From sequence record MN432485: a DNA stretch of 51,296 nt. One strand, given 5' to 3'. The DNA is from Shigella phage SFP17. Made by a program: the position numbers and the translations under genes. Positions 25,359 to 35,392 of this stretch are shown one piece after another. The notes below the pieces were generated by a model. That model was not told the DNA's origin. It made no database searches and was given only the letters and a program-made list of their open reading frames with translations. How positions within the stretch are numbered: position 1 is the stretch's first letter; every line of letters begins with the position of its first letter.

Positions 25359-28027
25359 CCCCGCTTAGACATAACAAATTCATAAACTTCCCCACCCTGC
25401 GTACAGGAACGCTTAATCATATCAGTGAAAATCATTTTTACGCCAGTCTCCAAACCTTTCGGATCGCTTCCGTTGTTAATATCAACGCTGATCCCGCCAA
25501 TATTAAGATTTGTTGCTCCAGATGAAACGCCTCCGCCAGTGTATGAAGATCCACCAACAACGCCGCCATTTGCATAACCGCGCATCATTTTGTAAAGATT
25601 TCCAACTCCGATCCGCTTCGTGGCCTCCTTCGTCATGACAAACTCGCCTTTATGGACAACACCTGCTGGCTCATACTTCCCGCCATCGCCAGTGTATCCA
25701 CCAGTTGCAAATCCAACATTTTTAAGAAGGCTTCCAATCGTCCAAGTGTCACCGCCAACCGCACCGGATATGGCATTAAAGATAACCATCTTCGTGATCA
25801 TCTGGATAATCATTTGGATGATTGACGTTGCGAAGCTCTTAAAGTTTGCCTTACCTGTTGCAAGGAAAGTAGCCATTTGGTTGGTTAGACCGTTGAGCGC
25901 CTCGCTTGCAATATCTTGCACGTTGCCGTACATATCCATTGCATCTTGTCCGTAAACCTCCCATGCGTTCTTTGCTCCTGCAATCCAGTTATTTCTAAGC
26001 TGATCTTCAGTGGCGTAATACTCTTTCAGCTTTGCTTCCATCTGCTGATAAATTTCATCGTCGATACTACCGCCGCCAGCAACATAATCAGTTCGCAACT
26101 TTTTCAATTCAAGCTCTCGCTGGATTTGCAGATCTGTAGCTCCAGACTGTCGCAAGTTCATAGCATCAATGGCATCTGAAGTTTGCTGAATGAACTTTAG
26201 CCCTTCCTGATATTGCTTGTTCTTTCTCTGTTGCAAAACAATCTGATCGCCTATCTCTGCCTTTTCTTTTGCCATAGCAAGAACTGTTTTTTGCTCGTTT
26301 AGTAACGCCTGTTCCGCTTTTGTCAGCTTACGTTTGCTTTGCGCTTCCTCTAGGATCTGGATCTGCTTTTCAATACTCCACAAAGATTGCCTCTGGCGTG
26401 AAATAACATCATTTACAGTTCGGTGCTCTTTCAGCGTTTCAAGTTGCGCCTTGAGAACATATAGCTCCTTATCAAGCTGCTCTGTTGGTGCTTTTACAAC
26501 TCCGCCAACTTTCTCCTTTTGCTGCTGTGCCTTCTTCGCCTCTTCAAGCTCTTTTCGCCTGAACTCAACGTTCTCGGCTGCTCGTTTTTTCAACTCTTCG
26601 TCTGCTGTCCTTGCTACATTTTTCTGATCCTCTATGGCTTTGTTTAAAGCCTCTTGCGCCGCTCGAACTCTGTTTAAGGAAAGATTTTCTCTGTCGATGC
26701 GTGCTGCTCGTTCCGCCATATCCTTATTCGCATCTTTTACGATCTTTCCTATATCCTCATAGGTGTTCTTCGCAAATTGCAACATAGGATTTACATAACC
26801 AAGCTCTTTCCCCAACAGCCCTCCGGACGGTGAAGCATAATCATTCTTCGCTTTTAAGACTTCATACCACGAATCGCCAAGCTCAAGAACCTTGTTTTTG
26901 TGATCAGCAATCTCATTGTTGAGACTTACAAAACTTGATGCATTCTTGTATTCGTTTACCTTTACCTTTGCTTCGTCATAGGTAAACCCAACATCGACGA
27001 GTTTTTGTATGGCCTCGGTTGCTCCATCCTTAGTGCTTATGTATGCCTTTGCCAGATTATCGGCGCTCTCACCTGTCTTGTCAGATAGCGCCTGGATTCC
27101 AGTTGCAATCCGCTCCGCAAAATCACCAGAAAGACCAGTTGCCTCCTGAACGGTTTTTGTGATCTCCTTCAGTTGTGCATTTGCTTTGTATGCATTATAT
27201 GCAGCATAACCAAGAGCACCAGTCAGCGCCGTCATTCCTACACTTAAAGGCGTGACAAATGTCATTAGCGCTTTAAACGTGTTAGCAACACCGCCAAATG
27301 AGTCCTTGATTTGCCCGCCCTGCTGGATTGCGATCATCCATACTGGCATACCTGAAGCAAGAGAAGTAACAACGTCAGTAATCTGCATTGGCAATTGCGC
27401 CATTGCTTGCTTGTACTGCCCCATAGAAACGCCAAGTTTTGAGGCTTGTTTTTCCTGCTCCTTCATTTTTGCAATAAATGGCGCGGCCTCTGCACTAACT
27501 CCAAGTTGTGCGGCTCTCATTTCTACAAGCTCTGATTTTGTTTTTTCCGCTGCGTCAGCTTGCGCCTGCAATGCCGCAATGAACTTTCTTGCCTCAGCCT
27601 CTGCTCTTGCCTTATTTTTTGCTTCCTCAAGCGCTGCGCGGCCTTCTTCAGTTAGTGCCTTTTTAGTTGCGATCAGTTTATTTTGCTGCGTCTCAAGAAT
27701 TGATCCTAACTCAAAGAATGTATCATCCGGCACAATTCCTTTTTTCCAAAGCGCATCAAGCTGTGTCGCAGCTTGGCGCAACTTATCCATTTTGCTTGCT
27801 GTCGGATCTATTGCCGACTGAATTGCTTTAAATTCTTGCTTCTGCTTTGCCAATTCCTCAGCCAGTTGTTTGGCTCTTTGTCTTGCAACAACCTCTGAAT
27901 CAACAAAACTCTCAACGCTCCCCTTTGCGTCGTCGTTTGCCTTCTTGAATTGCTGTAAAGACTTTACAGCATTGTTGAGTTGAGAAACGTCAACCCCAAG
28001 CGTCAAGCCTGCGTATTGTTCTGACAT
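25355..28027 (-). CDS. tail tape measure protein (890 aa)
   Basis: Long alpha-helical Ala/Gln/Lys/Glu-rich protein with Gly-rich C-terminus; RBS GGAGG; follows chaperone pair. Confidence 0.9.
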   Translation of the reverse strand: MSEQYAGLTLGVDVSQLNNAVKSLQQFKKANDDAKGSVESFVDSEVVARQRAKQLAEELAKQKQEFKAIQSAIDPTASKMDKLRQAATQLDALWKKGIVPDDTFFELGSILETQQNKLIATKKALTEEGRAALEEAKNKARAEAEARKFIAALQAQADAAEKTKSELVEMRAAQLGVSAEAAPFIAKMKEQEKQASKLGVSMGQYKQAMAQLPMQITDVVTSLASGMPVWMIAIQQGGQIKDSFGGVANTFKALMTFVTPLSVGMTALTGALGYAAYNAYKANAQLKEITKTVQEATGLSGDFAERIATGIQALSDKTGESADNLAKAYISTKDGATEAIQKLVDVGFTYDEAKVKVNEYKNASSFVSLNNEIADHKNKVLELGDSWYEVLKAKNDYASPSGGLLGKELGYVNPMLQFAKNTYEDIGKIVKDANKDMAERAARIDRENLSLNRVRAAQEALNKAIEDQKNVARTADEELKKRAAENVEFRRKELEEAKKAQQQKEKVGGVVKAPTEQLDKELYVLKAQLETLKEHRTVNDVISRQRQSLWSIEKQIQILEEAQSKRKLTKAEQALLNEQKTVLAMAKEKAEIGDQIVLQQRKNKQYQEGLKFIQQTSDAIDAMNLRQSGATDLQIQRELELKKLRTDYVAGGGSIDDEIYQQMEAKLKEYYATEDQLRNNWIAGAKNAWEVYGQDAMDMYGNVQDIASEALNGLTNQMATFLATGKANFKSFATSIIQMIIQMITKMVIFNAISGAVGGDTWTIGSLLKNVGFATGGYTGDGGKYEPAGVVHKGEFVMTKEATKRIGVGNLYKMMRGYANGGVVGGSSYTGGGVSSGATNLNIGGISVDINNGSDPKGLETGVKMIFTDMIKRSCTQGGEVYEFVMSKRG

Positions 28028-28044
28028 TATTAATCCTCCAGGTA

Positions 28045-28068
28045 ATAAAAAAAGCGCCCGTAGGCGCT
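28045..28068 (-). terminator. intrinsic terminator/attenuator between chaperone and tape measure genes
   Basis: AGCGCC-cgta-GGCGCT followed on minus strand by TTTTTTTT; chaperone stop lies in the stem. Confidence 0.55.
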
Positions 28069-28696
28069 TATTTTGAATGCATCATTTCAAGTGCTTTTTG
28101 CTCCATGATTCGCAAGTCGTTTAGCGCCATCTCGCGATCCTCAACCTTGTAAATCTCAAAAAGCATAGGCAAGACATTATAATCAAATCCGTAAGCGCCA
28201 CCGCCAGAACATCTCCATTGCGTTTGCATTGCGCAAAATATATCCCATGATTGCATCATGCTTTCATCAAATATAACCTCTGGCGGATCTTCTCCTTCAT
28301 AGTCTGCCCTTGTAAGGCCAACGGCCTCAAGCTCTGCATCTGTCGGCGGTTTCTGATAAAACAGGTAAACCGCCCTTTTTAGTTTTTTACTCGCTGCCCC
28401 GCAAGCGCTTTCATGTATGCGCTAGTTAATCCGATTGCTGTTGCTGGGTAGTAATCAAGAAGCTGTTTAATATTTTCTTCGTTAAATTCATCATCAAGAT
28501 TCCAACCTGAAGCAAGGAAGGTGATCATTTCAACATCGCTCATTGGAGTATCTGAAGTGTATCGCTCGTGAATCTCACTTGTTTTGCGGTGGCGAACTGT
28601 GAAGATAATTGTTTGATCTTCTCCGTTAGGTATTGCAAATTTCACTGGTAATTTAAAGTCAGGAAGCGGCCCAATCGTCAATTTCATTTTTGACAT
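28068..28696 (-). CDS. tail assembly chaperone frameshift product (G-T-like) via -1 programmed frameshift
   Basis: Slippery A_AAA_AAC at 28382-28388; -1 frame stays open from the slip site to stop at 28068. Confidence 0.6.
28379..28696 (-). CDS. tail assembly chaperone (lambda G-like)
   Basis: 105 aa directly upstream of tape measure; ends GTA AAA AAC TAA with slippery heptamer. Confidence 0.75.
   Translation of the reverse strand: MSKMKLTIGPLPDFKLPVKFAIPNGEDQTIIFTVRHRKTSEIHERYTSDTPMSDVEMITFLASGWNLDDEFNEENIKQLLDYYPATAIGLTSAYMKALAGQRVKN
28382..28388 (-). other. -1 programmed frameshift slippery heptamer A_AAA_AAC
   Basis: Last codons of chaperone gene read GTA AAA AAC TAA; -1 frame open downstream to 28068. 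Confidence 0.6.
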
Positions 28697-28709
28697 TTCT
28701 TTCTCCTTG

Positions 28710-28729
28710 ATAGCACTTTTTGTTAAAAG
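28710..28729 (+). promoter_or_regulatory. conserved motif copy in reverse orientation relative to flanking tail genes
   Basis: ATAGCACTTTTTGTTAAAAG reads rightward, abutting the RBS of the minus-strand chaperone gene; poor -10 (TAGCAT) at the usual spacing. Confidence 0.35.
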
Positions 28730-28765
28730 AATTGATTATGAATCGTGTAGCATGATTGTACAGTA

Positions 28766-28790
28766 ACAAAAAAAGGGGCGCAACGCCCCT
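28766..28790 (-). terminator. strong intrinsic terminator after major tail protein gene
   Basis: AGGGGCG-caa-CGCCCCT followed on minus strand by TTTTTTTT. Confidence 0.8.
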
Positions 28791-28795
28791 TGTGA

Positions 28796-29458
28796 TTATG
28801 CTACTTGAGAAGGTAGGAAGGTGAATCGACCTTTCAGGGATACAGACAGGGAAACAGTTTCCATTTCGTTAACGGTCGTTTGTGGGATCTCGTTAAACGA
28901 AAGGACACCAGCCCAGCAACGCATCTCTTTCGCTTTCGGTACATACATGCGAAGCGCGGTCACTTCACCGGATTCATCTGCTGCACGAAGTAACGGATAG
29001 ATCGCGTTATCGTATTCGTGCGCAAAAGTGTAGGTCAGAGAAACGGCGCTCTTATAGGTAGGTAACTGCTGCTCCTGGTCGTCCGCCAAACACTGATAAG
29101 TGTAATATTGCTGTTCTCCGCCGTCCTGCGACAAATCCTGAACGCAAGGGATCTCAGTCCATGCATCAATCTTGGCAAAAGATGCAGTGCCGCCAGTCGG
29201 GAACACGTTCTGATCGGTAGTATCAACACCCTCAAGAGTCACGCTTGTTTCTTCACCGTTAGCCTTTACACGCATAACACGATCAATCAGCTTGCCCCAA
29301 GAGGACGCAGTTATGATCACATAATCACCTTTCTTGTACGCAGTGCCACCAGATGCAACGGTGAATACAGGATCTTTAGCGTTTGATACTGCCGTTGCTT
29401 GGATTTCGCTGCCACGATTGCTCTCAACGAAAATTTGCGATCCATTTGGTAAATGCAT
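28796..29458 (-). CDS. major tail protein
   Basis: 220 aa with strong RBS AAGGAG, followed by strong intrinsic terminator; position upstream of chaperones. Confidence 0.7.
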   Translation of the reverse strand: MHLPNGSQIFVESNRGSEIQATAVSNAKDPVFTVASGGTAYKKGDYVIITASSWGKLIDRVMRVKANGEETSVTLEGVDTTDQNVFPTGGTASFAKIDAWTEIPCVQDLSQDGGEQQYYTYQCLADDQEQQLPTYKSAVSLTYTFAHEYDNAIYPLLRAADESGEVTALRMYVPKAKEMRCWAGVLSFNEIPQTTVNEMETVSLSVSLKGRFTFLPSQVA

Positions 29459-29463
29459 AATTT

Positions 29464-29862
29464 TTACTCCTTTGTTTCAATTCGAACATAAAATCTTATT
29501 GGGAGAAGCCAGCCGCTTTCACTCTTGAGCGGCTTGTGAACTCTTGCACCCTCATATATATAACCATGCTCCAACATTTTACCATCGTAAAAGAATTGCG
29601 CAATCTCTTTAGCGAGCACACGCGGTCTGTCAGTTCCGTAACCTGGCGGAAACACAATGCCAACCTGAATCATTCCGATATAGGAAACACATTTGCGATC
29701 CAATGACAAGTATTCTGTGTCAACTTCAGTATAGTCAAACTTCAACCACGGCGAACCGTCACCAGGTGGAGTGAACTCTACGTTTTCATAAGCGATCATG
29801 AATCTTCTTTCGTATTCAGTAGCCAGCGCCTTACGCGCCGATAGCATTAATTCATAGTGCAT
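29464..29862 (-). CDS. putative tail terminator / minor tail protein
   Basis: Position only; RBS GAGGG. Confidence 0.45.
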   Translation of the reverse strand: MHYELMLSARKALATEYERRFMIAYENVEFTPPGDGSPWLKFDYTEVDTEYLSLDRKCVSYIGMIQVGIVFPPGYGTDRPRVLAKEIAQFFYDGKMLEHGYIYEGARVHKPLKSESGWLLPIRFYVRIETKE

Positions 29863-30295
29863 TTTTTGCCCTCGACTCTTTTATTGCCTCAGCCATATAA
29901 GATCTCAACTTAACCGCTACAATCCCAAGCACACCCGCTGGCGCTTGTTTTGAATGACCGTATTCAAGCGCGTTAGCGTAAATAAGCATATTTGAAAAAT
30001 AAATGGCCCTTACCGCTCCGCCACCTCTCAATATTGCGTATATAGCTCGCTTACCTTCCGCGATCGTTTTGTCGCCGTGCTTATCGTACTGGTTAAGCGC
30101 ATACAATGGCGGCTTATTTGCTGTTACCTGCCAGTTTCCACGGTAACGACCAGTATCTACCGGAGAACGCTTAACCAAATCTGTGTGTACTTTTTCGGCG
30201 AATAACTCCACGCAATCTTTTAGTCCACTATCAACGGCGTTTATCCACGCATCAATGTTGCCGTGAAATTCTCTTATCGTGTAGTTTTTAGCCAT
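29852..30295 (-). CDS. putative tail completion / head-tail joining protein
   Basis: Position only; RBS GAAGGA. Confidence 0.45.
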   Translation of the reverse strand: MAKNYTIREFHGNIDAWINAVDSGLKDCVELFAEKVHTDLVKRSPVDTGRYRGNWQVTANKPPLYALNQYDKHGDKTIAEGKRAIYAILRGGGAVRAIYFSNMLIYANALEYGHSKQAPAGVLGIVAVKLRSYMAEAIKESRAKNAL

Positions 30296-30659
30296 GTACA
30301 GAAATCCTTCTCAAAATAGGCCGATAAGCAACAGTGACATTGGTTTGTCTGATTGGTCTTGCTTCAACTACAACATATAATTCACCATCAACATCAATAT
30401 GATACCCGTTCTTAATTTCAACCTTGTTGTTAAAAACTCCCAACTTATCGGTTACTCGTATTGTCTCGCCGTCAATCTCGCGTACTTTTGGTGAGCGAAT
30501 TAAACCTTTGATCATTACACTGATCTCTGGCTTTTCTACTTCTTCGCCTCCGATGATTTCAACGCTTCCACGCTGCGTTATGCACTTAAACTCACCGTTG
30601 CCATCACTAAAGAAGTTAATTCCTTCGGTTGCCATTCTTGCGATCTCGTTATAGTTCAT
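30288..30659 (-). CDS. putative head-tail connector protein
   Basis: ATG at 30659 with RBS AGGAGA (track start 30665 is TTG); position. Confidence 0.45.
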   Translation of the reverse strand: MNYNEIARMATEGINFFSDGNGEFKCITQRGSVEIIGGEEVEKPEISVMIKGLIRSPKVREIDGETIRVTDKLGVFNNKVEIKNGYHIDVDGELYVVVEARPIRQTNVTVAYRPILRRISVHG

Positions 30660-31072
30660 TTGCAACGTCTCCTAAATCCAGTAACAAGACCAAATCCGCC
30701 GCCTTTTTTGCGATTTAACGTTTCATACATTTTACCCCACGGAGTTTGCCTTATCTCTTTTCCGCTTGAATCGCCGGACACACGATCAAATGTCTGACTA
30801 AATTCACCAGTCAGGGAAAATGACGCCACGCGCCGCGAGTAACTATCTACGCTTTCCCCTTCCTGTTTCATCGCTCCATCAAGCGTCATAAGGTGCAACG
30901 TATAAAGAGCAACCGCTTTGGGATATGATTCTTTAAACCGCTTCTTGCAAACAAATTCCTTTGCAAGCCCAATCCATGCCACCATTAAATCTGGATCAAT
31001 CTGCTTCATCGGTGGCGCTAATTTCACGATTTGCTGCGTTATTTCTGCGTCAGTGAAAAATTCATCAACCAT
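30656..31072 (-). CDS. putative head-tail adaptor protein
   Basis: Position downstream of capsid genes. Confidence 0.45.
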   Translation of the reverse strand: MVDEFFTDAEITQQIVKLAPPMKQIDPDLMVAWIGLAKEFVCKKRFKESYPKAVALYTLHLMTLDGAMKQEGESVDSYSRRVASFSLTGEFSQTFDRVSGDSSGKEIRQTPWGKMYETLNRKKGGGFGLVTGFRRRCK

Positions 31073-31095
31073 TGTGTTTCCTCCAGATATGACAA

Positions 31096-31114
31096 AGGGC
31101 GCTTATAGCGCCCT
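31096..31114 (-). terminator. GC hairpin (weak terminator)
   Basis: AGGGCGC-ttata-GCGCCCT; only a short T-tract follows. Confidence 0.35.
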
Positions 31115-31119
31115 CTTTA

Positions 31120-31392
31120 TTAATAGATGCCGCCGTCTTCAAGTTCGGCTTTGCTCTTGCCCTCTCGTGGGTCTTTTTTACGTTTGCTTGCTGCGCTCTG
31201 TTTGATTTCTTCGTTCAATGCGGAGTTGTCTTTAACCTCCAGATCTCCTTTTGCAATTAGATATTCAAACGCGCTTGTTTTCAATTTTGATTCTTCTACG
31301 TCAAACTCTTTGCCTGGATGATAATGCTCACCATCAACAATGATAAGGCACACGCCGGAAACCTTTAGCGTTACAGTTTTTTCTTTAGCCAT
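31120..31392 (-). CDS. hypothetical structural-module protein (90 aa)
   Basis: RBS GGAGG; flanked by hairpins. Confidence 0.55.
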   Translation of the reverse strand: MAKEKTVTLKVSGVCLIIVDGEHYHPGKEFDVEESKLKTSAFEYLIAKGDLEVKDNSALNEEIKQSAASKRKKDPREGKSKAELEDGGIY

Positions 31393-31405
31393 TTCATAAC
31401 CTCCA

Positions 31406-31435
31406 ATAAAAAAGGGAATCCAGTTAAGGATTCCC
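31406..31435 (-). terminator. intrinsic terminator after major capsid gene
   Basis: GGGAATCC-agttaa-GGATTCCC followed on minus strand by TTTTTTATTGG. Confidence 0.75.
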
Positions 31436-31448
31436 CAATGTTATACGA

Positions 31449-32423
31449 TTAACCTGATTTTTTCAAGCCAGTAATAAGTACTAGCGTAAACGGACGGTAA
31501 ATCGTCAGGCCAGTACATTTTGAAGTGCACGGAACTTTGAAATGCAGATCTTTTGGTTGCGCCGGAAGCATGTTAAATGCTTCTGGAATTTCGATCGACA
31601 TGTTCATCGGGTCTTTCTCATATACCAGGCAACCTTTCGTTCCAGCGCCATCAATATCCTCAAGCTCTGCGATTGAGTCGATGGTGATTCCGCTGTTTTG
31701 TTTCTGGAAGTATTCCAGATAACTTTCAGTGGTGTTTTCCATTCGAACGGAAAGAACCTTGCGCATAGACGGCGGAATCAAGATATTGGTTGCGCGGTGC
31801 TGACCATTGGTGATGGTCTGAATGGTTTCAATAGCCTTTTCCAGTTCATCAGATGCAGCCTGCGGGAACTTAGTGTTTTCATCATTACTTAACCAGCCAG
31901 AAGACATGATCTTTGTCAGGTTAGGATGTTCGAACACCGAAAGAATCTTATGCGGCTTTGAACCCTTAAACACCAGGCGGTTAACTTCCTGATCATGAGC
32001 GTTTTGCGCTGCGTTTGCCTTGCGAGTGGAAAGGCTCTTACCAGTGCGCTGACCAGCCTTGATTTCGTCAATGGAGATCAAGAACGCGTTACCCAGGCGG
32101 AATACTTTACCGAACTCGCTAGACATCAGCGCGTCAACGGTCGGCAGGTCGTCGGTGTAATCAGCGATAATTTTTGCGTAACCAACTTTGTCAAACATCT
32201 GATATTCAAAAGTCTTATCAGTATCAGAAAGCTCATTAGTTACAGGGAATACGCGAAGCGCTGAACCTGCCGGATATTCTTTCTCGTAAGCATTAGAGCG
32301 AATCTTATGCAGTTCTTGAGCGGCCCAAATACCCATATCGGACGCATCACCTTTAACGCCGCGAGTAGCCAGATAGCTAGAAACAATGTCCGCATCTAGC
32401 TGATCAAATTTTTCTTTTTCCAT
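31449..32423 (-). CDS. major capsid protein
   Basis: 324 aa, strong RBS GGAGGAAG, strong terminator downstream; position after scaffold and decoration-like genes. Confidence 0.8.
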   Translation of the reverse strand: MEKEKFDQLDADIVSSYLATRGVKGDASDMGIWAAQELHKIRSNAYEKEYPAGSALRVFPVTNELSDTDKTFEYQMFDKVGYAKIIADYTDDLPTVDALMSSEFGKVFRLGNAFLISIDEIKAGQRTGKSLSTRKANAAQNAHDQEVNRLVFKGSKPHKILSVFEHPNLTKIMSSGWLSNDENTKFPQAASDELEKAIETIQTITNGQHRATNILIPPSMRKVLSVRMENTTESYLEYFQKQNSGITIDSIAELEDIDGAGTKGCLVYEKDPMNMSIEIPEAFNMLPAQPKDLHFKVPCTSKCTGLTIYRPFTLVLITGLKKSG

Positions 32424-32469
32424 TTTCTTCCTCCATATATAAAGGTCGTTAGTATGTAACGGACCAATG

Positions 32470-32489
32470 ATAGCATTTTTTGTTAAACG
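32470..32489 (+). promoter_or_regulatory. conserved motif copy in reverse orientation relative to flanking capsid genes
   Basis: ATAGCATTTTTTGTTAAACG reads rightward between two minus-strand capsid genes; poor -10 (TATGGG). Confidence 0.35.
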
Positions 32490-32506
32490 TGCAACATAAT
32501 TTTGTG

Positions 32507-32941
32507 TTATGGGTCAATGCTTACCCCGACAATATATGAATCATTATCAACCTTTACATGTTCGCCAGTAAAGATCCAACCAATCAGCAAGTCGCCTTCA
32601 CTGTATGCCACATCTCCATCTTGCGTTACAAATACTTTATCTCCATATTCTGGCGCTTCGCTCTCAGAAGTTAAGCACCAAACATTACCTCGACTAACCA
32701 CATTAACTGGATCGCCCTCCTCATATATGCACGAGTCCGGCGGCCTTACTGCCACGCCAATAACGAGATCCCCATTAACACTTGCTATTTTGTATCCATT
32801 TGTTGTATGTGATAGTCGCACAATCTTACCTGGCTCAATAAATTCATCTCCGCACACGAAAGATCCGTTAATCACCATTATTGAAGAATCGACCATGCAC
32901 CCTGGCGACTCAGCGCCAACAATGACTGAATAATCACTCAT
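32507..32941 (-). CDS. capsid-associated (decoration-like) protein, paralog 2
   Basis: Shares G-V-W-L...AP..G...DG.V....G....WI.TG...K block with 32987-33499; RBS GGAG. Confidence 0.55.
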   Translation of the reverse strand: MSDYSVIVGAESPGCMVDSSIMVINGSFVCGDEFIEPGKIVRLSHTTNGYKIASVNGDLVIGVAVRPPDSCIYEEGDPVNVVSRGNVWCLTSESEAPEYGDKVFVTQDGDVAYSEGDLLIGWIFTGEHVKVDNDSYIVGVSIDP

Positions 32942-32954
32942 GAGAACTCCAAAT

Positions 32955-32979
32955 ATAAAAAAGGCGCTCAGTGAGCGCC
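32955..32979 (-). terminator. intrinsic terminator between the two capsid-associated paralogs
   Basis: GGCGCT-loop-AGCGCC followed on minus strand by TTTTTTATATTT. Confidence 0.65.
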
Positions 32980-32986
32980 ATATTTA

Positions 32987-33499
32987 TTAACCTGCTGAAA
33001 CTGCCGGAACTTTTTGCACCTGAACCTCTACCAGCTTCAAGTCTTGAAACTTGGTGAAATCACCAGTCGCGATCCAGTTTGTTTCGATAGTGCCAGACGT
33101 GGTATCGACCTGACCATCATCAGACAGTTTGATTGCAGTGCCGAAAGCTGGCGCGGAAGCGTCTTTAGCCAACATCCAAACACGCCCCTCAGTCATTACG
33201 TTGATTCCGCCGCCAGATTCATAAATCATTCGACCGTCAGACGAAGTTGTCTGAAAGTGAGATCGAATTGCAACGCCGTAAGCCTTTCCGCTTGCCGCCA
33301 TCGGCTTAATTAGCTTATTGCCCATAGCGTCAACGCCGCCATGCTGGACCGCCACACCAACAAAAACAGACTGATTCTGATTGCCTGCTGCATTCTCAAG
33401 AACACAAGCGCCATCAATATTATAAGCTGAAGTGTCAGAAACCTGACCAGGTAACGCACGAGACATTACAGCAAAGTAGCTTGCTCCAATTGTAGCCAT
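32987..33499 (-). CDS. capsid-associated (decoration-like) protein, paralog 1
   Basis: Paralogous to 32507-32941; RBS AGGAGA; terminator downstream. Confidence 0.55.
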   Translation of the reverse strand: MATIGASYFAVMSRALPGQVSDTSAYNIDGACVLENAAGNQNQSVFVGVAVQHGGVDAMGNKLIKPMAASGKAYGVAIRSHFQTTSSDGRMIYESGGGINVMTEGRVWMLAKDASAPAFGTAIKLSDDGQVDTTSGTIETNWIATGDFTKFQDLKLVEVQVQKVPAVSAG

Positions 33500-33511
33500 G
33501 TTTATTTCTCC

Positions 33512-34624
33512 TTATTTAAGTTTTTTCAAACGCGCAGTAGGATCAAGGGAGTCGGTTTTTTCACTCTTGCCAGATTCGAAAGAATCGCCCTTAACAGATT
33601 TACGCTGCGCCGCCATTTTATCAGACTGCTTCGCAAGGTCAAAAGCTGTTTCAATATATGCATCGGCTTTTTCTGAAATATCAGCGCCAGTGACTTCTTT
33701 GACATAAGCAACCTTGATCGCTTTAGCGTCCAATCCGTCACACTTGATGCCAATTTCAGTTGCATCTGCAACCAGCTTGGCGTGTTCTTCTGCGTCAGTC
33801 TTTGCCTTCTTAACAGCTTCTGCAATCTGCGCCGGAATGCCATCGACTTTAGTTTTCAGGGCGTCGCGCTCGGCCTCAAGGCCATCAGCTTTTTCGGTTG
33901 CAGCTTTTGCGTCTGCCTTTAACGCCTCAATATGATCAGCAACGGCCTTTGGAACATCAAATTCTACCGCGCCATCAAGTTTAATTTTTACTGTCATTTC
34001 CTCATCTCCTTTGTCATTTAGAACCTCGTCACTATACGGAAAATCTTGTTCACTATCAAGATTTAATTTGGCAATGCCAGCACGACCACGAAAGACAAGA
34101 GCAATGTGATTAACTCTGATGTTAGTCTGAATGGCGTCAAATTTCACCCAATCAGGAGAATCCGGATTCCAGTCTTCTTTAATGTCTTCCTCAAATAAGT
34201 AATCACCAGTTTTATTGTTGCCCCAGCCTGGCTTATCAATATCAATTGATGTGTAACCAACTGAAATTTCAGCCGTATCTTTCTTTTTTGCGCTCTCAAT
34301 TGCTCGCTTTGAGTAAATGCTTAACGGAACTTCAACGCCAATTCCATTAGGAACACCAGCGCCAGCGCATGAACCAACAACAACCTGATCCGCATTATCT
34401 GGCGTCACTGTGACGTGACCGATAGTGATCGGCTTACCTGCGAAAGTAGCAAGGGAATCAGCCTTGAACACCTCGGACGCTGGACGGAACTCTCGTCTGA
34501 TTCCATACGGTGTGCGGTACTCCTGCAAGCCAATTCTCGCCACAATTGGGCGATCAACTAAAAAGCCATTATCATCAAAATGCGCCTTAACCTGGACGCT
34601 ATCAAATCTTTGTTTTGCCTTCAT
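33512..34624 (-). CDS. putative capsid scaffolding / maturation protein
   Basis: Globular N-terminal domain plus Ala/Lys/Glu/Asp-rich coiled-coil C-terminus; position between head morphogenesis gene and capsid. Confidence 0.5.
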   Translation of the reverse strand: MKAKQRFDSVQVKAHFDDNGFLVDRPIVARIGLQEYRTPYGIRREFRPASEVFKADSLATFAGKPITIGHVTVTPDNADQVVVGSCAGAGVPNGIGVEVPLSIYSKRAIESAKKKDTAEISVGYTSIDIDKPGWGNNKTGDYLFEEDIKEDWNPDSPDWVKFDAIQTNIRVNHIALVFRGRAGIAKLNLDSEQDFPYSDEVLNDKGDEEMTVKIKLDGAVEFDVPKAVADHIEALKADAKAATEKADGLEAERDALKTKVDGIPAQIAEAVKKAKTDAEEHAKLVADATEIGIKCDGLDAKAIKVAYVKEVTGADISEKADAYIETAFDLAKQSDKMAAQRKSVKGDSFESGKSEKTDSLDPTARLKKLK

Positions 34625-34627
34625 TAA

Positions 34628-35392
34628 TTACTCTCCTTTATTATTCCAATCTGGAATCGCCCAGCAACGGCAACCCCACGGCTCACCAGGGAAATCATGA
34701 ATTGCATCAAGCGCTATTCTTTTACCTTCCCATAACACATGCTGCAAGCGCTCTCTATCATCTAACATCCCATGCCAGAAATAATGAGTCACCTTAGCAT
34801 CATAAAGGCGCTGGCGCATCAGGCGACTATTCCACGCGCCGATAATGTTTTCTGATCTTGTTTTGCCCCAAGAGCTATAAACAGCAAATCTCTTTTCTGC
34901 AAGATCATTAACCTGTTTATCATTGCTTCCGCGAAAGTTTGCATTGCGAATGTTTGTTGACCAGTCAGACACAATATTTGTGAATAGCTTCCTTAGCGAT
35001 GATTCTGTAAGGCCGTGCCATTGACCGTAAAGCGTCTGATACCACTCCTCGTTAGCGTTAGCGCCAATCGCGATCAAAACAATTACCGCCGTGTTATCCT
35101 TTCCGCCAGTTGACTTGGCAACATTGATAAACTGCTTCGCATTGAATTTATAAATGGTCAACGCGATTGCAGGAAGAGTGGAAACAATGCCAGCTATAAG
35201 GTCAGTTGCCAGGATGTTAATTTCATCTTCTGCGCTGTTGATCTCATTATCTGTTGCGTCAAACTTCATCGCTTTTGTTCGCTTGCGCATGAGAACCACA
35301 AGATCTCTAATTGCCTCCTGAATTGAGCGGCTAAATTGCCGCTCGCTTGCTTCAGGAAAGCGCCATTGTTTAACGACGCCCTTCACTTTCAT
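34628..35392 (-). CDS. head morphogenesis (minor head) protein
   Basis: Directly downstream of portal; C-terminal CRCWAIPDW motif. Confidence 0.6.
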   Translation of the reverse strand: MKVKGVVKQWRFPEASERQFSRSIQEAIRDLVVLMRKRTKAMKFDATDNEINSAEDEINILATDLIAGIVSTLPAIALTIYKFNAKQFINVAKSTGGKDNTAVIVLIAIGANANEEWYQTLYGQWHGLTESSLRKLFTNIVSDWSTNIRNANFRGSNDKQVNDLAEKRFAVYSSWGKTRSENIIGAWNSRLMRQRLYDAKVTHYFWHGMLDDRERLQHVLWEGKRIALDAIHDFPGEPWGCRCWAIPDWNNKGE

